Shown here: positions 1-9,700 of the stretch, piece after piece
Numbering within the stretch: position 1 is the first letter of the stretch
Layout: the number at the start of each line of letters is the position of its first letter
From: Gammaproteobacteria bacterium
GTDB lineage: Bacteria > Pseudomonadota > Gammaproteobacteria > Pseudomonadales > UBA3067
NCBI GenBank assembly: GCA_019090565.1
Contig: JAHRVS010000089.1
Location: forward strand, 1-27,608
Reading direction: 5' to 3'
DNA length: 27,608 nt
The notes under the pieces: generated by a model
Databases searched by the model: none
What the model saw: the letters and a program-made list of their open reading frames with translations, nothing else
Told to the model about the DNA's origin: nothing
Translations under genes and position numbers: made by a program

Positions 1-71
1 GAGCTTATGCACACGATGTGCTGTATGCCGGTTTTGCAGGAGCCTTAACCGGTGACGCAGCTATCGCGTGA
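1..71 (+). CDS. Possible 3' end of a convergent gene entering from the left edge (…AYAHDVLYAGFAGALTGDAAIA*)
   Basis: The frame starting at nt 3 is open for 22 codons to TGA at 69-71, while the other two + frames close earlier. An open frame this short can arise by chance, and the product cannot be assigned. Confidence 0.3.
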   Translation, partial: AYAHDVLYAGFAGALTGDAAIA

Positions 72-99
72 AAAGTGCATTTTTAGAGGTGCCCTTCAG

Positions 100-3000
100 T
101 TATATCTCTTCCAATAACTGCTCCAGAACGACTTCGTCCAAGCCTTCCATTTCCGCTTCCAAAACAGCAATGGCCAATGCCTCAATGGTGGGTTTTTCAA
201 ATAGCTTGGCCAAAGAAATTTCCACCTCATAACGTTCACGAATACGGGAAACAATCTGCGTTGCCATCAGTGAATGGCCACCGAGTTCAAAAAAGTTATC
301 ATGCACACCCACCGCATCAAGCTTCAAAAACCCACACCAAAACTGAGCAACAGTTCGTTCCATTTCATTTCGAGGCGCTACAAACGGCGTTTTCGCCGCC
401 GGCTCAGCGTGCCATGCAGGCAACGCTTTGCGATCAACTTTACCATTTTCACTCAACGGCAAGGCAGCAAGAATAATGACGGCACTGGGCAACATGTAAT
501 CGGGTAATTTTTTTCGCAGCTTTTCTTTAATGGCCTGTGGCGCAGTGCCCTCCTCACAAGACACGTAGGCGACCAAATGCTGCTCTTCAAGGTGGCTTAC
601 CAAGACCACCACACTCTCACCCACCTCTGGCAGTGCATCGAGCTGATTTTCAATTTCACCTAGCTCAATGCGCTGACCGCGTAATTTAACCTGAAAATCT
701 AATCGGCCTAAATAATCAATATTCCCATCAGCCAAATAGCGCGCCCTATCGCCCGTTTTATAGAGCTTTTCGCCTTGTTGCCCGGCAAAAGGTGAGTCAA
801 TAAAACTTGCTGACGTTAGGGCATCCTGAAACAAATACCCACGCGCTAAACCCACCCCACCGATATAAAGCTCCCCCGGCACGCCAACGGGCAGTGGCTT
901 TTTATTTTCATCCAGAATATAAAGTTGTGTATTCGCTATCGGTTTACCAATGGGCACGCGTGAATGGCGGTGTTCTTTTTGGCATTCCCACGCACTCACA
1001 TCAATAGACGCCTCAGTGGGGCCGTACAAATTAATGAGTCGGGCATGGGGCAAACAAATAAAACTTTGTCGCACATGCTCAGGTTTTAATGCTTCGCCAC
1101 TGCAAAATATTGTCTTAATCGTGCTGCATGTTTTAACCTTCGCGTCTTGTAAAAACAAACCCAACATAGACGGCACAAAGTGCAAGGTACTCACCTTGTG
1201 TTGCTGAATAAGCTGACACAGGTAATCAGGGTCTTTATGCCCATCCGGCTTGGCTAGCACCACACTTGCACCGGTAAACAATGGCCAGAAAAATTCCCAC
1301 ACCGACACATCAAAGCTATAGGGGGTTTTTTGCAGCACCACGTCTTTGTCGTTAATGGGGTAGGCATCCTGCATCCATTGAAGGCGATTAATAACGCCTC
1401 GATGAGGCACCGCCACACCCTTTGGCTTCCCGGTTGAGCCAGAAGTATAAATCACATAGGCCAAGTCATCGTTTGCAGTGCCAACAAGCGGGTTGGTATT
1501 ATCAAACGTGGTGAGCTGCGGTTTAATTTCTGAATAAACGATGCTTTGTTCGGCAGCCAACTCAAATGCCGTGCTGCCATTTTCGGTGATAAACAGTTGC
1601 ACCTGTGCATCGTCCAGCACCCCTTGTAGCCGTTCCTGAGGCGCACTCACATCTAACGGCAAATAAGCCGCGCCAGATTTCAATATGGCATAAAGTGTCA
1701 CCACCAACTCTACCGAACGCTGCATACACACAGCGATGGCTCGGTCTTTTCCTGCGCCCTGAGAAATAAGAAAGTGTGCAAATTGATTCGCCTGCGCATT
1801 GAGCTGCGCATAGCTCAACATTTGCTCCTCAAAAACCACCGCCCTAGTGGCAGGCGTTGCAGCCACCTGCCTTTCAAACAGAACGGGCAAAGAATCAAAT
1901 TTGGGGTAATCAACAACCGTTTGGTTCCAGGCAATAAGCTGCTGTGTTTCGTCGGCTTTATCCAGAATAGTTATATCACTGAGCAAACAATCAGGCTTTG
2001 CAACTAGGCACGCAAGCAAATTGGTATAGCCATCTGCAAAGCGTCGAATACTTTCCTCAGAAAACAAATCCGTATTGTAATCATAACGCGCTGTTAAGCC
2101 CTGATTACTTTCGGTAATGGCCAGCGACACTTCAAATTGTGATGTGGTGTTGCTCTGGGGCAGCTGAACGGTTTCAAGCCCCTCCAAGTCTAAACTGTTA
2201 TTCAAATCACTTTTTTGAAAACTAAATAAAGTTTGAAAAATAGGCGAACGACTTAGATCGCGTGGCAATTGCAAGGCATCGACAATTTTCTCAAAGGGGA
2301 TGTCTTGATGATCGAAGGCTTCAAGTACCGCGCGATGCTCAACCTGCAATTGTTCTAAAAAAGACTGTTGGGCATTGATTTCTGATCGCAAAGAAAGGGT
2401 GTTAATAAAGAAACCCACCAAACCCTCTGTTTCTTTCACCGGCCGCTGCGCAACAGGCGTACCCACACAAATATCATTCTGGCCACTGTAGCGGCTCAAC
2501 AACACTTTATATGCACTCATCAAAATAACAAAAGTGGTTATGCCCTGTTGCTGGGAAAATCGTTCTACTTTTTGAAACAGTCCCGTGGGAATCTCAAAAT
2601 ACAAGGCCGCCCCAGAAAAGGTTTGCTTCGAAGGGCGCGGATAATCTGTCGTCAACGCGAGGGGCTCAGTACCTTCTAATTTTTCGCACCAATAAGACAG
2701 CGAGTCTGGCATCAATGCATCTTGCAGAACCTGCTTTTGCCAAATGGCGTAATCGGCATATTGAATCGGCAGCTCAGGCAATTCCGGCTTATTGTTTTTA
2801 TTCGAACTAAGCGCCTGCCGGTAATAAAAACTCAGCTCATGGCTGATAATTTCCACAGACCAGCCATCGGCAATAATATGGTGCAGGGTAATAAACAACA
2901 CATGCTGGTCATCAGCACATTTCAATAAGCGTGTACGAATAAGTCGGGTGCGTCGCGCATCGTGTCCTTTTTCCAAATCAAAGGCACGAGAAGTTTCTTG

Positions 3001-6000
3001 TTCTTTGAGCAACGCAATGGCATCTAGCTGTTTTTGTTCACACTCATCACTCACGTCTTCAAGCGTAAAATTCCAGGCGTAGGCGGACTTAATGCATTGC
3101 ACCACCTGTTCGCCCGCGCTGGAGAATGTCGTTCTCAATATTTCATGGCGTAAAACTAATTGCGTAAAAGCGAAGCTCAGCGCATCAATATCCAGAACAC
3201 CCTTTAAACGAAATGCAGAAGAAATATTGTAGGCACTGGCGCTGTTATATTTGCCCGCGCCGGATTCAAGTCGATCAAGCACCCACAGCCGTTCCTGAGA
3301 GAATGTCAAAGGAATGTCTCGATCACGGGAAACTGGCAGCAAGGCAGGCAAAGGCTTTTTATCAAATTTAGTTTCAGCGTCGATCACCACTGCCAAATCA
3401 GCAATAACGGGGTAATCAAAAATAAACCTCAGAGGTAAATTCTTATTAAACGCCTCACGCAAGCGTGCCATCATTCTGGTGGCTAACAGCGAGTGCCCAC
3501 CTATTTGGAAAAAATTGCTCTGTACACCAAAGTGCTCAGTTTCAAGAATTTCTTTCCATATAACATAAATCGTTTCTTCGGTTTTTGATGTAGGTACCGC
3601 CAGTGCCGTATCAGGTTCAGCAACCGAAACAAAAGGGAGCTGCTTGTAATCAATTTTACCATTCACCGTAACCGGGATTTGATCTATCGCACAGTAACTA
3701 TGGGGCACCATGTAATCCGGCAACACATGCTTAAGGATTTGAATAAAGCCCTCAGCATTGAACGATGCCTTATGCGCGTTGTGTAGCACCACATAAGCAA
3801 CCAAACTCTCGGCGCTACCAGCAACATTACCAACAGCACTTGCAAGGCGAACCACTGACTCCTTTATCTCAGCCTGCTTGTTAAGAATGTTTTCAATTTC
3901 ACCCAGTTCGACACGAAAACCTCTAATTTGTACCTGTTGGTCTAAGCGGCCACAATAGGCAATTTCACCATTGGGTAACCAACGGGCCAAATCGCCCGTG
4001 CAATAAATTTCCCCCGATGAAAAAGGGTTGTTAATAAATTTCTCATCACTTAATGCCTGGTTATTCAAATACCCCTTTGCAACGCCAACACCGCCAATGT
4101 ATAGCTCTCCCATTACGCCTACAGGCACAGGCTGGTGATTTTTATCTAAAATATAGATACGCGCATTGGTAATCGGCCGGCCAATAGAGGGCAACCCTCC
4201 CACGGCCTTGTCAGTGCAAATCTCACCCGCGGTGGCAACCACGGCGGCCTCCGTTGGCCCATAAGCGTTAATCAATTTAAAGCTACGCTGATCAGGCGGA
4301 TACTGATTCAAACGATCACCGCCCGTAAACAGATAGGCCAACGACCAGTTTTGCGGTAACGGTTCAGCAAAAATGGCTTCAGCCAGTGGGGTCGGCAAAA
4401 AAAGATGGGTAATGCCGGCCTCGGCGATCCAAGCCACCATGTCTTTTGCACTGATTCGGGTTTCTTCTGGCGCAATAGTAATGGGGGCCCCCATGCACAA
4501 TGACGTCCAGATTTCCCAAGCGGCCGCATCAAATGCCACACCCGCAACCTGCCCCATTTTAATGGTATCAGAGCCCTGAAAATACTCAGCTGCATGCCAG
4601 TTAACCAAGTTACAAATACCTTGCTCCGGCACCACCACACCTTTGGGCAAGCCAGTGGAACCCGAGGTATAAATAATATAAACCGCCCGCTCTGGCTGAT
4701 AGGGTAAAACAGCGCATTCCTTTGAGTACGCGGCAATACGGTGCCAGTCACCATCAAGACAAACGATATTCGGGAGGTTTTCTTTAAGCTCAGTTTTTTC
4801 CCCAAAGACAAGCGTTTGACTTAAAATAAAACGTGGCTGGGCATCCTCCACCACATATTTTAAACGCGCATCAGGAATACTGGGGTCTAGGGGTAAATAC
4901 GTACCACCTGCCTTGAGTACCGACAGCATCGCCACAACCAGCTCATAGCCACGCGTGCAGCAAATGACAACCACATCGTCTGTTTTAAGTCCGTTAGCAA
5001 GAAGGTAATTGGCCAGTTTGTTGGCACGCCATTGTAAGTCACTGAAGCTAAAATGTTCGCCGTTTTCTTCTACCGCCGAAGCATTCGGGAAACGCGCCAC
5101 TTGGTGCTCGAACATCTCCACCAAGCCTCGCTCGGGCAGACTAACTTGTTCACCGCTCCACGCATCAATTAGCCGATTTTTTTCTTGCTCATCAAGTAGG
5201 GGGATTTCATCAATCGGTTTCTCGGGGTCTGCAAGCGCCTCCTCAAGAATATGCCCCAGGTGTTTAGCAAACCCTTCTATGGTGCTGGTTTCAAATAGGC
5301 ATTGATTAAACTCAAACTCACCGTTCAAATGCGCGTCGGTTTCAAAAAAGGTTAAGGTGAGGTCAAACTTTGTTTTATCTGTTTCCAGTGCGACAAATGT
5401 TGTGTCTAAACCTTGCAGGTCTAATGCTAATGCCTTGCGGCGATGCTCTAGAGAAAACATGGTTTGAAAAACAGGCGGGTGACTCATATCTCGCGCCAAG
5501 CCCAATTGCTCAAGCAGCTGTTCAAAGGGAAGCTCCTGATATTGCTCTGCTTCAAGGCGCGTCGCATTGATACTGTGCAATAGCTCGACGAAACTGGGGG
5601 AGCCACTTAAATTACTGCGTATCGGCAAACTATTAATAAAAAAGCCAATTAAATTTTCTAAGTCTGAAGTTTGGCGATGGCTATGAGGCACCCCCACACA
5701 CAGATCATCCGCCCCCGTATAACGATAAAGCAACACTTTGTATGCCGCCAACAACGTCGTAAAGAGAGTAACCTGGTTTTTTTGGCTAAACCCCTTTAAT
5801 TTTTCGGTGGTGCGGGTACTGAGCTGAAATTCAAAGCGTGCCGCAAAGGAATCCTGTTGCGCTTGCCTGGGACGATCAAGGGGCAACTCCAGCACAGAGC
5901 AGTCATCAAGCTTCTCCTTCCAGTAATCAATGTGTGATTGGAAGTACTCCCCTTGCATTTTTTCACGCTGCCAGGCCACGTAATCAATGTATTGAATGCT

Positions 6001-6702
6001 GTGGGAAAAAAGTGGTGAAGGCAATGCATTGCCATTTTGTATCTCATTGTAGTAGTGCGCAAGCTCGCGGGTAAAAACAGCAATTGAGATGGCGTCAGAA
6101 ATAATATGGTGCATGGCAATTGCCAACACCCAGCGCGCATCACTTTGTTGGTATAGTTGCGTTCGGATCAAACAATCGTGTTCCAAATTAAAATATTTTA
6201 TTTTGAAATCGTTCAGCTCGTTAGAAATCAGCTCATCAGAAACAGCCTTCACCTCAAGTGCCCACTGACTCGGCGGTCGAATGGTCACTTCTGGCTGTCC
6301 TTCACGGGCGACAAAATTAACCCGCAGTTGTTCTTGCCTCGATACAACCAAAGAAAAGGCACATTCCATCGCAGAAATATTAAGATCACCATGGATATAA
6401 AATGCACCCGCCATATTATAGGCAGCATCTTGCTGTAATTGATCAATAAACCATAGGCGTTGTTGCGAGAAGGAAATGGGAAGCGTTGAGTGTCTATCGA
6501 TCGGCGCGATGTTCCCCAGCTCACTGGGGGCGCTGTTGGCTTGCTTTAAAAATGCAATAATTTCTGGCTTTACTGCCTTTATTTCTTTAAGCCAATCTTG
6601 CATCTTCGCACCCTTGGGTGCGTTTACCTTTAATTTTTCTTCCTCTAAATAGAGCTGAATATCGTGAGACTGAAGTTGAGCAATCAACTCAATCACACTC
6701 AT
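100..6702 (-). CDS. Bimodular NRPS: N-terminal docking domain-C-A-PCP-C-A-PCP, with no TE or R domain
   Basis: C motifs HHIISDA (6091-6111) and HHIIADG (~2862-2883). A-domain cores YTSGSTGxPKG, NxYGPTE, GELYIGG, TGDL/TGDR and NGKxD. PCP motifs GGHSL at ~3490 and ~270. The ATG overlaps the upstream TGA (ATGA at 6699-6702). Confidence 0.97.
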   Translation of the reverse strand: MSVIELIAQLQSHDIQLYLEEEKLKVNAPKGAKMQDWLKEIKAVKPEIIAFLKQANSAPSELGNIAPIDRHSTLPISFSQQRLWFIDQLQQDAAYNMAGAFYIHGDLNISAMECAFSLVVSRQEQLRVNFVAREGQPEVTIRPPSQWALEVKAVSDELISNELNDFKIKYFNLEHDCLIRTQLYQQSDARWVLAIAMHHIISDAISIAVFTRELAHYYNEIQNGNALPSPLFSHSIQYIDYVAWQREKMQGEYFQSHIDYWKEKLDDCSVLELPLDRPRQAQQDSFAARFEFQLSTRTTEKLKGFSQKNQVTLFTTLLAAYKVLLYRYTGADDLCVGVPHSHRQTSDLENLIGFFINSLPIRSNLSGSPSFVELLHSINATRLEAEQYQELPFEQLLEQLGLARDMSHPPVFQTMFSLEHRRKALALDLQGLDTTFVALETDKTKFDLTLTFFETDAHLNGEFEFNQCLFETSTIEGFAKHLGHILEEALADPEKPIDEIPLLDEQEKNRLIDAWSGEQVSLPERGLVEMFEHQVARFPNASAVEENGEHFSFSDLQWRANKLANYLLANGLKTDDVVVICCTRGYELVVAMLSVLKAGGTYLPLDPSIPDARLKYVVEDAQPRFILSQTLVFGEKTELKENLPNIVCLDGDWHRIAAYSKECAVLPYQPERAVYIIYTSGSTGLPKGVVVPEQGICNLVNWHAAEYFQGSDTIKMGQVAGVAFDAAAWEIWTSLCMGAPITIAPEETRISAKDMVAWIAEAGITHLFLPTPLAEAIFAEPLPQNWSLAYLFTGGDRLNQYPPDQRSFKLINAYGPTEAAVVATAGEICTDKAVGGLPSIGRPITNARIYILDKNHQPVPVGVMGELYIGGVGVAKGYLNNQALSDEKFINNPFSSGEIYCTGDLARWLPNGEIAYCGRLDQQVQIRGFRVELGEIENILNKQAEIKESVVRLASAVGNVAGSAESLVAYVVLHNAHKASFNAEGFIQILKHVLPDYMVPHSYCAIDQIPVTVNGKIDYKQLPFVSVAEPDTALAVPTSKTEETIYVIWKEILETEHFGVQSNFFQIGGHSLLATRMMARLREAFNKNLPLRFIFDYPVIADLAVVIDAETKFDKKPLPALLPVSRDRDIPLTFSQERLWVLDRLESGAGKYNSASAYNISSAFRLKGVLDIDALSFAFTQLVLRHEILRTTFSSAGEQVVQCIKSAYAWNFTLEDVSDECEQKQLDAIALLKEQETSRAFDLEKGHDARRTRLIRTRLLKCADDQHVLFITLHHIIADGWSVEIISHELSFYYRQALSSNKNNKPELPELPIQYADYAIWQKQVLQDALMPDSLSYWCEKLEGTEPLALTTDYPRPSKQTFSGAALYFEIPTGLFQKVERFSQQQGITTFVILMSAYKVLLSRYSGQNDICVGTPVAQRPVKETEGLVGFFINTLSLRSEINAQQSFLEQLQVEHRAVLEAFDHQDIPFEKIVDALQLPRDLSRSPIFQTLFSFQKSDLNNSLDLEGLETVQLPQSNTTSQFEVSLAITESNQGLTARYDYNTDLFSEESIRRFADGYTNLLACLVAKPDCLLSDITILDKADETQQLIAWNQTVVDYPKFDSLPVLFERQVAATPATRAVVFEEQMLSYAQLNAQANQFAHFLISQGAGKDRAIAVCMQRSVELVVTLYAILKSGAAYLPLDVSAPQERLQGVLDDAQVQLFITENGSTAFELAAEQSIVYSEIKPQLTTFDNTNPLVGTANDDLAYVIYTSGSTGKPKGVAVPHRGVINRLQWMQDAYPINDKDVVLQKTPYSFDVSVWEFFWPLFTGASVVLAKPDGHKDPDYLCQLIQQHKVSTLHFVPSMLGLFLQDAKVKTCSTIKTIFCSGEALKPEHVRQSFICLPHARLINLYGPTEASIDVSAWECQKEHRHSRVPIGKPIANTQLYILDENKKPLPVGVPGELYIGGVGLARGYLFQDALTSASFIDSPFAGQQGEKLYKTGDRARYLADGNIDYLGRLDFQVKLRGQRIELGEIENQLDALPEVGESVVVLVSHLEEQHLVAYVSCEEGTAPQAIKEKLRKKLPDYMLPSAVIILAALPLSENGKVDRKALPAWHAEPAAKTPFVAPRNEMERTVAQFWCGFLKLDAVGVHDNFFELGGHSLMATQIVSRIRERYEVEISLAKLFEKPTIEALAIAVLEAEMEGLDEVVLEQLLEEI

Positions 6703-9700
6703 AATTCGTATTCCTCTCTGTCTTCATCATCATTGGCCGACTGCTCGTCGCTGCGTTTTTTGACACTCAACACTGTATCAATGTATTGCCCTAATTGCCG
6801 AATCGTGGGCCGCTTGAAAATTTCAGAAGTAGGCACTTCCACTTCATGCACTTCTCTTATTTGATTTAATATTTGGGTCGCCAAAAGAGAGTGGCCGCCC
6901 AGTTCGAAGAAGCTATCATCAATGCCTATCGGCGTTACACCTAACATGTCTCCCCAAAGGCAGACGAGGTAGTTTTCCATTTCAGTCTTCGCTTGCGCAT
7001 CAACAGAGACCTTCGCCGCATCGTAATTAATTACCAATAGCTTTTGCTTGTCTAACTTTCCATTTAAGGTCAGTGGCAACTCTTCAATTAATATATATTT
7101 AGAAGGGATCATATAAGTTGGCAACAAGCGTTCCACATGAGACCGAACCGTAGCAATAAACTCGCGCTCATTGTTTTTATCAATCTTTTGATCTGCTTGT
7201 TCATCGATTGTTTGAGTGCCAACCAAATAAGCCACTAGCTGTTTTTCCCCACTGCGATCGGGTGCAGTAAGCACTGCACAAGCCCTTATCGAAAATTGTT
7301 TATCGTTCGATGCGCTTGATAACTCATTCAAACAATTTTCAATGTCACCCAGCTCAATGCGGTATCCACGAACTTTTACCTGTTGATCAATACGGCGTAA
7401 ATAGCACAACAAGCCATCTTTATTATAAAAAGCCAAATCACCCGATCGATAAAGCTTCTCACCTTTTTTGTTTGAAAAAGGATTGGGGACAAAGCGTTCT
7501 TTGTTCAGAGCATCTCGGTTCAAATACCCTTTCGTCACACCTCCCCCACCTACATGTATCTCCCCAGGTACACCCATGGGGCATAAACTCCCCACATCGT
7601 CGAGAATATAAAGCTGGTTATCAGGAATGGGGCGCCCGATGGGTGAAATCAGCTGTTCGAAGTCTTTATGTTGAACACGGTGATGGGTGACGTGTACCGT
7701 TGTCTCAGTGATGCCATACATATTGATAAGCTGGGGTTTATCTAAACCTAATTTATCAACCCACGGCCTTATTTTTTGGGTTTCAAGCGCATCACCACCA
7801 AACACCACATAACGTAACCTTAAGTTGGGCCTTACAGCCATAGACACCATTTCTTTTGAAAGTGCATAAAATGCCGCCGGCGTTTGGTTTAACACCGTCA
7901 CTTTTTCATCAACCAACAATTTTGAAAATTGCGACGGTGAACGCTTGACCCAGTGGGGCACAACGACCAACTTGCCCCCATACAATAAAGCCCCCCAGAT
8001 TTCCCAAACTGAAAAATCAAACCCATAAGAATGAAACAGCGTCCAGACATCTTTTTCATTAAAGTGAAACTGATCATCAGTTTCTGAAAACAGTCGCACC
8101 ACATTTCGGTGGCTGACAATGACCCCCTTGGGTTTTCCAGTGGTGCCAGAGGTATAAATCACATACGCAGTATCTTCAACGGAACCACGGTAGCGGATGT
8201 TGCTCACAGGATAGGCATCAAGGTCCAGCGCATCCACAAGCAGACAATGAGGCATATCAGAAAAATTTTCTTTACGGCTAGAATGTACAATTAACGCACG
8301 AACATTGGCGTCTTCAAATATCATTTTCGCGCGCTTTGCCGGTGACTCTGGATCAACCGGCACGTAAGCCGCTCCGACTTTCATGATCGCTATCATTGCC
8401 ACCACGAGGTCTAGTGAACGCGCGATAGACAAGCCCACCAAATCACCTGGCTTTACCCCTTGATCAATCAAACTATGGGCGATTTGATTGGCGCGCTGAT
8501 TCAAATTTTGGTAAGAAAGCTGCTCATCACGATACCGCAGTGCGATGGACTCAGCCCGCTGCTCTGCTTGACGCTCAAGCACCTCAACAAGGGTGTGATC
8601 AGGAGAAGGGCAACGGTTTTCGCTATTCGCCAGCCGTAGTAGATTATGGCGTTCAGACTGTGCAACCATAGAGATGGTATCAATCGGCGCTTTGGGTTCT
8701 CGTACAATCTGGCGAAGCAGCTCAATATAGTGATTCACCATCAATTCAGCGGTTTCGGCTGCAAAAAGATCCGTGCGGTATTCCAACGTCCCCCTTAGCG
8801 CACCATTGTGCTGACGGAACTCAAAACCCAAGTCAAATTTGGCAGACTCCAGCTCAAGATTCATCGGCGTCACCGCTAAACCTTGTAACGCGAGCGACTC
8901 CTCTAATGAAAAGGGCTGTACCACCAGCATCACTTGAAACAAGGGGGAGTAGCTCAAATCACCCCCCGCCCCCATCGCGCTCACTAACTCTTCAAAGGGC
9001 AAGTCTTGGTGATTGTAGGCATCTTGCGCCGTCTTTTTCACCCGCTTTAATAGCTCATCAAAAGAAGGGTTGCCAGAAAGGTTATTACGCATTACCAAGG
9101 TATTCACAAACACACCCGCGACAGTCGTTAGGTCTCGGTGTGGTCGATTTGCAGCGGGGGAGCCGATGCTAACGATATCTTGTCGCGCATAACGAGAAAG
9201 CAGCAAACTCAAGCCCGCCAACATCAAATGGTAAAGCGTCACTTCCTCTCGCACGCAAAGCTCGCGCAACGTTCGCTCTAATGAAGGGGGTAGGTCAAAA
9301 TGGTAACGCGCGCCCGCGCCAGTAGGCTCTGCGGGGCGAGGAAAGTCAGCACGCAGCTCCAGTACGGGGCTCGAAGCCAATTTTGTTTTCCAGTATTCAA
9401 GCTGCTTCTCTAGCATCTCTGGCGACTCGTACTGCTCGCGCCAACGTAAATAATCCACGTATTGCAATGCCGGCTTTGCAGGCGGCTCGATGCCTTTTTT
9501 CGCTACCCGTGACGCATAGTGCTGAGACAGCTCCTTTAACAAAAACTCCACCGACCAGCCATCCGCAATAATATGGTGCACATTTAATAGCAGCACATAG
9601 CTCTCTGGCGCCAGATGCAACAAACGCGCTCGAAATAAAGGCCCTTTGCTCAAGTCGAACTGATAACCACTCTCTTCGCCTAACAATAGTGCTGATTTTT

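Noticed and set aside
3900-4010. Inactive A2 domain (YCTGDL, QVQIRG variants)
   Set aside because: The A3 P-loop, TGD Asp and A10 Lys (NGK) are intact, so these substitutions alone do not show inactivity.
7100-7330. Interrupted A domain with an embedded tailoring domain
   Set aside because: The insertions are only about 10-20 aa and have no methyltransferase or oxidase motif.
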